Position numbers and translations under genes: made by a program. Shown piece after piece: positions 1 through 9,300 of a DNA stretch of 64,000 bases; within the stretch, counting starts at the first letter, position 1, and every line of letters starts with the position of its first letter. The notes below the pieces were generated by a model. It made no database searches, had not been told where the DNA came from, and was given only the letters and a program-made list of their open reading frames with translations. The stretch comes from Candidatus Hydrogenedentota bacterium (GTDB taxonomy: Bacteria > Hydrogenedentota > Hydrogenedentia > Hydrogenedentales > SLHB01): contig BTVY01000001.1 in NCBI GenBank assembly GCA_045863335.1, forward strand, positions 200,671-264,670, written 5' to 3'.

Positions 1-3000
1 CGCTTCAAAAATAGCGCGAAGGGGCAATTCCATTTCGAACGCGGAACGAATCCGTGCGACCGCCTGCGTCGCTTTCAGCGAATGACCTCCAAGATCGAAG
101 AATCGCTGGTGCCTGCCGACGAACTCCAATCCGAGTACGTCGCAAAAGATAGATGCGATCCGCGTTTCCGCTTCGTCAACTGGCGCTTCAATACTCTCTG
201 GGGCGCGCGTGTCGGCGGGAACCGGCAGGGCGGTGCGGTCAACCTTTCCAGTCGGGGAAAGCGGAATCGACTCTATTTCCACGAACGCCGCGGGAACCAT
301 GTAGGAGGGGAGTACCGCGGCAAGCGCGTCTCGCAGACAGCCGTTCGCGCCGCCATTCGCCTCGGGGACGGTATACGCCACCAACTGCGGGTCCCCGGTG
401 GCATCCGATTTCACGGCGACGACGGCATCCGATACGCCGGGGATTTCCCGCAAGGCGCTTTCGATCTCGCCCAGTTCGATCCGGAATCCGCGAAGTTTGA
501 TTTGGTCGTCCGCGCGTCCAAGGAATTCAAGCGCGCCGTCGGGGCGGAACCGCACGAGGTCGCCCGTCTTATACAACCGTTGCGCGTGCCCGTTTATCTG
601 GACGGACAGGAACCGGGCGCCGGTGAGGTCCGGCCGGTTCAGGTAGCCGTGCGCCAAAACAGGCCCCCCGATGTACAGTTCTCCCGGTACGCCTATCGGA
701 ACGGGTTGCCGGTTCGCATCCAACACATAGACTTCCGCGCCGGGAACCGGATACCCAATGGGAACGGCATCGCGAAACTCCACCGCACATTCAAAAAGCG
801 CCGCGCAGACCGTGATCTCCGTTGGACCGTACCCGTTAAAGAAACGGCGACCCTGGGTCCACCTGCGCGTAAACTCAGGGGGACACGACTCGCCCGCGCT
901 GATCAGCACGCCCAAGTCCGGGAGGCTCGACGGATCGAGCTGCCGGATCATGGCAGGCGGCAGGGTTGCCATGCCGATGTTCTCGTCTCTCAGCAACGCG
1001 GTGAGCGTATGCGGGTCGGAAAGCGTCTCGGCATCGGACAACACCAAGGTCGCGCCCGCACCAAGGGCGGGGAAAATCTCCCAGACAAAGGCATCGAAAC
1101 TCATGGACGCGAACTGCAGAACCCGCAGTCCTTCGCGAAGCACGAATACGTCCGCGCTATAGGCCATGAGATTGGTCAAGCTGCGATGGCCAATCAGCGT
1201 GCCTTTGGGTTTTCCAGTTGATCCGGAAGTGTAAATGACGTAGGCGACGTCGTCGGGCGTCGGGCCGCCACCCGGATTCGTATCCGGCATGGCATCCAGT
1301 TCGCCATGGGCGGCATCGAGACAGATCGTTTCCGGATGATGGGGCACGCGCTCGACGCAACTCGAAAAAGTGAGCAGCGCGTGCGGCTGCGCGTCTTCGA
1401 GCATGTATCGCAAGCGCTCCGACGGATATCCCGGGTCGAGAGGAACGTAGGCCGCTCCGGCTTTCATGGCGCCCAACATGGCGACGATCATCTCCACCGA
1501 ACGCGGCAGAGAAATGGCGACGAGCTTCCCGCGACCGATGCCGATCTCCTTGAGATGATGGGCAAGCTGGTTGGCGCGCGCGTTCAACTCGCGGTAGGTC
1601 AATTCATTGCCGTTGTATCGCAACGCGACCGCGCCGGGAGTCTGGTCCGCCCTCTGCTCGAAACGCGCAACGGCGATGTCCGCCGGCTCGACCGCGGGTG
1701 CGGTCCGGCTGAACGCGTGAAGGAGCTGTTCGCGTTCGGCATCGGAAAGGTACTCGATCGCGTCGATGCTCGCATCCGGCTCATCGAGGGCGCGTTCGAG
1801 AAGCAGCGCATAGTGTTGAAGCATCCGCTCCATGCGCGCGGACTCGAAGAGATCGGAATCATACTCCAACGCAAACGTCAGGCCCGAAGCCGATTCATTG
1901 ATGGCCATGGTGACGTCGAACCGCGAACGTTCGTTGATCGTGGGCACGCGGCTCAGCGTAAGCCCCGGCAAGTGGAACTCAGACTTGGGCGCGTTCTGCA
2001 AAACGAACATGACCTGGAAAATCGGCGAGCGGCTCAGGTCGCGTTCCGGCGCGAGTTCTTCGACGATCCGGTCGAAGGGAACGTCTTGATGACCATACGC
2101 CGCCAAGGCCGTTTCGCGGACGCGTCCAAGCACCTCGCGGAAACTGGGCGCGCCGTCCAGTCGTGTGCGCAATGCCAGCGTGTTGACGAAGAATCCGATG
2201 AGCGATTCCAGTTCGCGCCGGCCCCGGTTGGCAATGGGCGTGCCAACAACGATATCGGACTGGCCGGTGTAGCGGTACAGGAGTACGTTGAACGCCGCGA
2301 GGAGCGCCATGTACTGCGTCGCGCCTTCCGCCTGACACATCGACTTCACGCGTTCGGCAATCGTGCGCGAGATGGTTGCTGTCACACGGGCACCGCGGAA
2401 CTTGCGTACCGCCGGCCGGTGATGGTCGGCGGGCAAATCCAGATACTGCGGAGCATCCCGCAAGTGCTCACGCCAATAAGAGAGCTGGCTTTCGAGCACC
2501 GCGCCCTGCAACCACGCGCGCTGCCACGCGGCGAAGTCGGCGTACTGGACCGGAAGCGAAACAAGCGCGGGTTCGCTGTTTGAGACGCAGGCGTCGTAGC
2601 TCGCGCAGATCTCCCGCACGAGCACGCCCATGGACCAGGCGTCGGAGATGATATGGTGCATGGCGACGGCGAGCACGTGTTCGGTGTCACCCAATCGATA
2701 TAACGCAACGCGAAAGAGAGGACCTTGCGCAAGATCGAAAGATTGATCGACCAATGCGGTCATGTGAGATTCAAGTTCAGTCTGTTGCGCCGCGTCGGGG
2801 AGATCCGTCAGATCGACTGTCTCAAGCGCAAAAGAGATCCCATCAGAAACACGAAGCGCGGGTACGCCCTCGCGATCGACGAAGGTTGTGCGAAGAATCT
2901 CATGCCGTGCGACGATAGTTGCGATGGACTGCTCCAGCGCGCGGCTGTTCAATTCGCCAACCAGCCGGAACCCGGCGGACATGGTGTAGGCGCCGTCGCG

Positions 3001-6000
3001 CGCGCCCAGTTGATCCAGCACCCAGAGACGTTGCTGGGAGAACGAGAGCGGCATGGCCTCGTCGCGCGGCACCGGCACGAGCGCAGGGGCTTGGTCGCCC
3101 GTCTGCTCGTTTCGCAACGCGTCGATTCGTGCGGCGATTCCTGCGACTGTCGGTTCTTCGAATATCGCGCGCAATGGAATTTGGACATCGAAGGTGTCGC
3201 GAATGCGCGAGACCACCTGAGTCGCCATGAGGGAGTGTCCGCCGAGGTCGAAGAACCGGTCCGTAACGCCGACGGGTCCTCGGGTAAGAACCTGTTCCCA
3301 AATCCCCGCGACCAACTCTTCGGTAACGGTGCGCGGTGCGACATGCTCACCCGCCACTTCGCCCCACGCCGAGGGCGCGGGTAACGCGCGACGGTCGATC
3401 TTGCCGGTGGCGGTTCGCGGCAACGCGTCCAATACTTGGATTGACGCGGGTACCATGTACTCGGGCAACTCACGCGCCAACTCGCTGCGGAGTTTGGCCG
3501 GGTCCGCCGTCGGCTCCGACGCGGAGACGATGTACGCGACCACGCGCGGACCACCTGAGTTCAATTCCCGCAGCACTACGACAGATTCGGTGACCGAAGC
3601 GTCTTGATTGAGCAACGATTCGATTTCACCGGGGTCGACGCGATATCCGCGTATCTTGACCTGGAAGTCCTTTCGGCCGAGGCATTCGATGGTTCCGTCG
3701 GCTCGACGACGACCGAGATCGCCGGTGCGGTAGAGGGTCGTTCCCGGCGTATCGGGATCGGGCCGGAATGCGGAGGCGGATTCGTTGTCGCGATTCCAGT
3801 AGCCAAGCGCGACGTGAGGACTGCGAACGACGATTTCCCCGAAGACCGGCTCTTCGCCGCCGTGAGCATTCAGCAGCAATAACTCGGTGCGCGCGACGGG
3901 GGATCCAATAGGCACGCGCGCGCGGGCGGCCTCTCCTCCATTCTCGATTTCAAATGCACAGGTAAAGGACGCTTCCGCGCTGCCGTAGAGATTGATGAGG
4001 CGGCATTCGTGCGCAACTATCCTGCGGAACCGGTCGATGTCTTCGCGCCGGACTTCTTCGCCGCCGAGCACGACGGCGCGGAGACTCGCGATGCGCGAAT
4101 CCCTGGTGAGCGCTGCAGCAAATGCGCGGAAGACGGTCGGCGTGCTGTGGTATACCGTGACGCCGGTTTCCTGAAGCCAGTTCCACGCCTCGTAAAGGCT
4201 CTCGCTCTTGAGGTCGATGGGGCACAGGGTTGCGCCGTTGAGCAGCGCGCCGAAGATATCCATTACGGCGGCGTCGAACCCGAAGGACGAGAACAAGCTC
4301 AACCGATCGTCCGGATCGATATCTAACGTTCGCGCGTAGGCGTCGATGTAATGCGCGACATTGCGATGGTTTTGAACGACGCCTTTCGGCTTTCCGGTGG
4401 AGCCGGAGGTGTAGAGGATGTATGCAGGCGATTCAGGATCGCCATTTACGCCATCGTGCGAATCCAGGTGCTCAAACGATTCGATGGCGATCACCGGACA
4501 ACGTTCTCCGGCGATGGCACGTGCGCGCTCCAAAGAGGTATCCGTCGTGAGCAAGGTGCCGATCTGCGCGTCTTCGATCATGAATTGGAGACGCGCCTCG
4601 GGATAGGCCGCATCCATGGGAACGTAGGTCTTACCCGCTTTCAGCGCGCCAAGGAGTGCGGCAATCATGGGCGCGTCGTGTTCAAACATCAAACCGACGC
4701 GCGACCCCACGGCGTATGTCGCCTCGAAAATACCTGATGCAATCTGAGACGCGCGCCGATCCAGCTCCGCATAGGTCCAACGGTGGTTTCGCGTGTGGAC
4801 CGCAATCGCGTCCGGGGTCGTCGCGGCTTGCCGCTCGAAACGTCGATGGAGCGGCGTTGCGCCGTCGAATGGGTCATCGCCTACCGGAATTGACTCGCGA
4901 GCGGCCAGCGGTATATGGGCGACGGATGCGTCGGCCTGCGCGCAGATCGCGTCGAGTACTGCACCCAAATCACGCAAGAACTGCTGAATCGTTGATTCTT
5001 CAAAAAGGTCACGGTTGTAGACCAGCATGAGCCGGGTCGTCGCGCCGCGAGGCCGCACGTAAAGGGTTAAATCAAATTTGGACTCGGGTTCGCGGCGGTA
5101 GACGCGTTCCACGGCGATATCGCCCATGTCAAGGCCATCGCCGCCCATGTTGATCATGTTGAACAGGACTTGGAAGACGGGCGTCCGGCTGAGGTCGCGT
5201 TCGGGCTGAATCTCCTCCACCAACTTTTCGAAGGGGAGGTCTTCGTGCTCGAATGCATGCAGGACCGTATCGCGCGTCCGGCGCAGGAGCTTGCGGAATG
5301 TAGGGTTTCCCTCGAACCGCGCGCGCAGGGCTACGGTGTTGACGAAGAACCCGATCATGCCCTCCGTGCCGGGGTAGCGGCGTCCGGCGACCGGCGAGCC
5401 GACAACAAAATCATCCTGGCCGGTGTACCGGTACAAGAGCACCTCGAAGGCCGCAAGCAACGTCATGAAGAGTGTCGCGCCTTCGTCTGCGCTCAATTTG
5501 CGAAGGGCGGCGATCGTCTGCGAATCCAGTTCCAGGTACTCGCGACCGCCGCGGAACGTCTGGTATGCGGGACGGGGACGGTCTGTCGGCAGTTCAAGCG
5601 GCGGCGGCGGCCCGGCCAGTTGTTCCCGCCAGTACAGCACGCGCTCGTCCATGTCGTCGTCGAGCCAGGCGCGTTGGATACGCGCGAAGTCGGCGTACTG
5701 GAGCGGAAGCGCATCCAGATCGGGCAAGCGTCCTTCCGAGAAACTCTCGTAGTGCTCCGCCAACTCGCGCAACACGACGCGCATGCTCCACCCGTCCGCG
5801 ACAATGTGATGGAGCACGACCGACAGGACGTGCACGTCCGGCCGCAGCCGGATAAGATACGCGCGCATGAGCGGGGCATTCGACAAATCAAACGGCGTGC
5901 GCGTAAATGCGTCCACCTGTTGCCGGAGACGGCATTCCTCGTCGCCCGGGCCTTCGTCGAGCGTGCACTGGGCGACGGCGAAACTGACGTCCTGCGCGAT

Positions 6001-6378
6001 CACCTGCACCGGCTGGTCGTTGAACGCGGCAAAGGACGTGCGCAGCGTTTCGTGGCGTTGCACGATGGCACACAGACTTTGCTCGAGCGCGGCGACATCC
6101 AGCGCGCCCGTGAGCCGGTAGGTCAGGTGCATGTTGTACGTCGAACGGCCCGGCTCGAGCTGATCGAAGAACCAAAGGCGGCGTTGCGAATAGGAAGCCG
6201 CGGCATGCTTGCGGCGTTGGCCGAGTAACGGCGCGATCTCCGGCTTGCGCGCTTTCAATGCATTGCGCAGTTCGGCGGAGAGGCATCCTTTCGGCGCGCG
6301 CAGACACAGCTCATCCCCTTCCGCCCAGATGTGGGCGCCCCTCGCGATGACCTCTGCAAGGAGGGCGGCCGCGGTCAT
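1..6378 (-). CDS. NRPS, partial (3' end beyond window): N-terminal docking domain-C-A-T-C-A-T
   Basis: Not in ORF track; translated by hand from ATG 6378 (ATGA overlap with PKS stop), same frame at position 1. N-term [31 protein letters not shown] (TubC-N-like). C1 HHIVADG ~5790-5813; A1 YTSGSTGKPKG, FDAAVMDIF; T1 GGHSL ~3230-3245; C2 HHIISDAW ~2636-2659; A2 FDAFVWEIF, NGYGPTE; T2 GGHSL ~76-90. Long antisense ORFs across the gene share one register, consistent with a single frame. Confidence 0.95.
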   Translation of the reverse strand, partial: MTAAALLAEVIARGAHIWAEGDELCLRAPKGCLSAELRNALKARKPEIAPLLGQRRKHAAASYSQRRLWFFDQLEPGRSTYNMHLTYRLTGALDVAALEQSLCAIVQRHETLRTSFAAFNDQPVQVIAQDVSFAVAQCTLDEGPGDEECRLRQQVDAFTRTPFDLSNAPLMRAYLIRLRPDVHVLSVVLHHIVADGWSMRVVLRELAEHYESFSEGRLPDLDALPLQYADFARIQRAWLDDDMDERVLYWREQLAGPPPPLELPTDRPRPAYQTFRGGREYLELDSQTIAALRKLSADEGATLFMTLLAAFEVLLYRYTGQDDFVVGSPVAGRRYPGTEGMIGFFVNTVALRARFEGNPTFRKLLRRTRDTVLHAFEHEDLPFEKLVEEIQPERDLSRTPVFQVLFNMINMGGDGLDMGDIAVERVYRREPESKFDLTLYVRPRGATTRLMLVYNRDLFEESTIQQFLRDLGAVLDAICAQADASVAHIPLAARESIPVGDDPFDGATPLHRRFERQAATTPDAIAVHTRNHRWTYAELDRRASQIASGIFEATYAVGSRVGLMFEHDAPMIAALLGALKAGKTYVPMDAAYPEARLQFMIEDAQIGTLLTTDTSLERARAIAGERCPVIAIESFEHLDSHDGVNGDPESPAYILYTSGSTGKPKGVVQNHRNVAHYIDAYARTLDIDPDDRLSLFSSFGFDAAVMDIFGALLNGATLCPIDLKSESLYEAWNWLQETGVTVYHSTPTVFRAFAAALTRDSRIASLRAVVLGGEEVRREDIDRFRRIVAHECRLINLYGSAEASFTCAFEIENGGEAARARVPIGSPVARTELLLLNAHGGEEPVFGEIVVRSPHVALGYWNRDNESASAFRPDPDTPGTTLYRTGDLGRRRADGTIECLGRKDFQVKIRGYRVDPGEIESLLNQDASVTESVVVLRELNSGGPRVVAYIVSASEPTADPAKLRSELARELPEYMVPASIQVLDALPRTATGKIDRRALPAPSAWGEVAGEHVAPRTVTEELVAGIWEQVLTRGPVGVTDRFFDLGGHSLMATQVVSRIRDTFDVQIPLRAIFEEPTVAGIAARIDALRNEQTGDQAPALVPVPRDEAMPLSFSQQRLWVLDQLGARDGAYTMSAGFRLVGELNSRALEQSIATIVARHEILRTTFVDREGVPALRVSDGISFALETVDLTDLPDAAQQTELESHMTALVDQSFDLAQGPLFRVALYRLGDTEHVLAVAMHHIISDAWSMGVLVREICASYDACVSNSEPALVSLPVQYADFAAWQRAWLQGAVLESQLSYWREHLRDAPQYLDLPADHHRPAVRKFRGARVTATISRTIAERVKSMCQAEGATQYMALLAAFNVLLYRYTGQSDIVVGTPIANRGRRELESLIGFFVNTLALRTRLDGAPSFREVLGRVRETALAAYGHQDVPFDRIVEELAPERDLSRSPIFQVMFVLQNAPKSEFHLPGLTLSRVPTINERSRFDVTMAINESASGLTFALEYDSDLFESARMERMLQHYALLLERALDEPDASIDAIEYLSDAEREQLLHAFSRTAPAVEPADIAVARFEQRADQTPGAVALRYNGNELTYRELNARANQLAHHLKEIGIGRGKLVAISLPRSVEMIVAMLGAMKAGAAYVPLDPGYPSERLRYMLEDAQPHALLTFSSCVERVPHHPETICLDAAHGELDAMPDTNPGGGPTPDDVAYVIYTSGSTGKPKGTLIGHRSLTNLMAYSADVFVLREGLRVLQFASMSFDAFVWEIFPALGAGATLVLSDAETLSDPHTLTALLRDENIGMATLPPAMIRQLDPSSLPDLGVLISAGESCPPEFTRRWTQGRRFFNGYGPTEITVCAALFECAVEFRDAVPIGYPVPGAEVYVLDANRQPVPIGVPGELYIGGPVLAHGYLNRPDLTGARFLSVQINGHAQRLYKTGDLVRFRPDGALEFLGRADDQIKLRGFRIELGEIESALREIPGVSDAVVAVKSDATGDPQLVAYTVPEANGGANGCLRDALAAVLPSYMVPAAFVEIESIPLSPTGKVDRTALPVPADTRAPESIEAPVDEAETRIASIFCDVLGLEFVGRHQRFFDLGGHSLKATQAVARIRSAFEMELPLRAIFEA

Positions 6379-9300
6379 AAGCGCTCTTCCTCCAGTTCCT
6401 CTCCGGAACCGGCTATCACACGCGAGAGCGTTTCATTGGGCAGATCGTATTCTAGGATCGCGGAAATGCGCTGGGCCCAGTCGCCGAGACGGTTCGGCAG
6501 TTTCGCGCGCTTCCACGCGTCGGCAAGCGTCGGATCGATCGAGGTATGCTTCATGAAATTCGGATCGCCGATGGCACGTGCTTTCGCGCGCACGCCGTCG
6601 GTCATGCGGCCTTCCCCGTAGGGATCGAGCACGGCGGGTTCGAACGGCACGTCGAGGAACGTGCACATGCCGCGCATGATGCGTTCGGGATCGGTAACGA
6701 GTTCCTCGTAGCGCACCGGGAACTGCCGCTCCTCCGGCACGCCTTTCAAGAACTCGATGGTATTCTCGTTGTGCGACGCCCACACCTCTTCCGCGAGCAG
6801 ATAGGGATCGGCATGACCGAAGTCGAACATCTTCCCCGTACGATTCTTCACGTAGGATTCGATGACCGCGTAGGGATGGCGGTAGAGATAGATATACTTC
6901 GGGTTTTCAAAGAGATCCTCGGCGCGCTCCATGGTCTCGCGGCGGCCGGTGTAGGTCGGCGACTTGTCCACGAGCAGCTTGGGCGCCACGCTTTCCTGAA
7001 GCTGTGTGAACACGTCCTGGATGAGCGTGTCCTCCGCGAACATGCGTTCGATAAGCGCTTCCGCGGCGTCGGCATCGAGTCCCTGGGCTTCCATGAACGC
7101 GCGCTGAAGTCCGTCACCGAGGTAGTTGCCTTCGCCGAGGAACGTGCGGCGATCCTTCATGGAATGGAAATGAAGGATGTGCAATTCCGGCGGGCTGAAG
7201 AGCTGCGGGTGCCCTGCGAGCATCACACGCAATAGCGTTGAGCCGGACCGCGGCGCGGACAGCAGAAACGCGCAGGGCGGGTTCTTCCGTTCCGGTTTGG
7301 GCGGAGCGACGATCTTGCCCCTGGCCTTGTTGATGTTGGCTTGAATGAAGCCTTCCGGCGGCGGCGCTTCGCCTTCGCGCTTGCGCTGCATGATATCCAG
7401 CTCGGTGCCGATGTACTCGGCAAGACCCGCCAGCGAGGGCTGCTCAAATACCTCCCGAGGATGAATGCGGATCTTCAGATCGCGACCGAGATTGCGAATC
7501 AGGTCCATGACCATGATGGAATCGAGACCGAGATTGACCACGTTCTGGTCCACCGGCACCGCCGCGGGATCGGTGTGAAGCACTTCGCCGATCGAATTGC
7601 ACAGTTGCTGTTCGATGAGCTTCCGGCGCGCCTCGCCTTCGGACTCGAGGATCTGCTTGCACCGCTCGCTCGGCACGGCGGATTTCCTCGCCTGGCCCGC
7701 AACGTTGGAGAGGAACGGCGTGCCTTCTCCGGTGTCGAAGAGGGATTGCAACGCAGGCCAATCCGCATCGACTACGCCGACCTGTGCGACGTCTCGACCG
7801 AGCAGCATGCCGAACGCGGCAAGGCCTTCATCGGGATCGATGCTGGCGATGCCTTGTTGCGCAAGACGACCGCCGCGATCCGGCTGGGCCGCCATGCCCA
7901 CTTCGGCCCAGGGGCCCCAGTTGATGCTGAGCGCGGGCAGCCCCTTCGCGCGGCGGCAGGCAGCAAGAGCGTCGAGATAGGCGTTGGCCGCGGCGTAGTT
8001 TCCTTGCCCCACGGAACCGAACATGGACGCCGCGGACGAGAACAACACGAAGAAGTCGAGTTCCGCGTCCGCGAAGGCGCGGTGCAGGTTCCATGCGCCT
8101 GCCACCTTGGATCGGCCCACGGTCGTGAAGGACGCGGGGTCCATGTCGTGGATAAGTTGATCGTCGAGTACGCCCGCGGCGTGAATGATGCCACGGATCG
8201 CCGGCCACTGTTCATCCCGGTATTGCGTGAGGAACGCGGTGAGTTGCGCGGCGTCCGACACGTCAACGGCAGCGACGTGAACGGATGAGCCGGCGGCTTC
8301 AAGCTCGCGGACGGCGGCGATGTTCTGTCCAGCGCGACTCGCGGGATCGGTTTTCGACCACTGGTTGCGCGGCGGCAAGGCCGTGCGCGCCAGCAACACG
8401 AGGCGGCGCGCGCCGTGTTGTACCAGCCAATGCGCCAGCTTGGTTCCGAGGCCACCGAAACCGCCCGTGATCAAATACGCGCCATCGGCGCGAAACGCTA
8501 CGTGCGGCGACACCTCAGTCTCGGCAAGTGGAGTCACACGCGCGCCGAATCGGTTTGCCCCACGCAGGGCGACCATAGTCTCGCCATCTTGCGCAAGCAA
8601 TTCGTCGGCCAAGCTCGAAACAGCGCTATCGTCCGGCACGTCGATCAGCTTGCCCATCACGTCCGGGTGTTCCAGCGCGATGCACCGGCCGAGCGCCCAC
8701 AATGGGGCCTGCGAAAGATTGGGCTGTTCACCGTCCGCAATCGCCTGGGCGGATTGCGTCACGATGTACAGGCGTGGTGCGGTCGTCGCGAGCGCGCGTT
8801 TCGCAAGTGCTTGCGCGACGAGCAAGGTGCTGCGGCAAGTTGCCGTAAATTCATCGAGCGCTTTGTTTCCATCTTCCGCTTCGGACGAAACGCGCTTCGG
8901 CAACACAATCACGCCGAATCGACCAGTGCCGTTCGAGTTGAAGGCGGCGTCCAGGCTCTTGTCGATATCTTCCGCACGGACCGATCCGGCGTTCGTTGCA
9001 GCGAGTCCGCGCGCGGTGAGTTCGGCGACAAGCCCGCGCGAGAATTCGTCGTCTCCACCGAACACGAGCCAGGGGCCTGAGTCGTTCATTCGCGCGGCTT
9101 CGGGAAGCGATTCCCACTCGACCGTGTGGAACCACCCCGCGAGCTTGGCGCGTTGCTCTTCGCTGATAGCTGTGGCCGTCGCGCCATCGCTGGCCCGGCC
9201 GCCCAGTGCCTGAACGATGTCGTTCGACGCGCCGGGTTTTACTGTGAACCAATGGCGCTTGAGTTCGAAGGGGTACGTCGGCAGCGCAACGCGCCGGCGC

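Noticed and set aside
82-6228. Long plus-strand ORFs (82-1221, 1306-2583, 2725-3384, 5170-6228 and others)
   Set aside because: In-register antisense shadows of the minus-strand NRPS, typical of high-GC coding DNA; no recognisable motifs.
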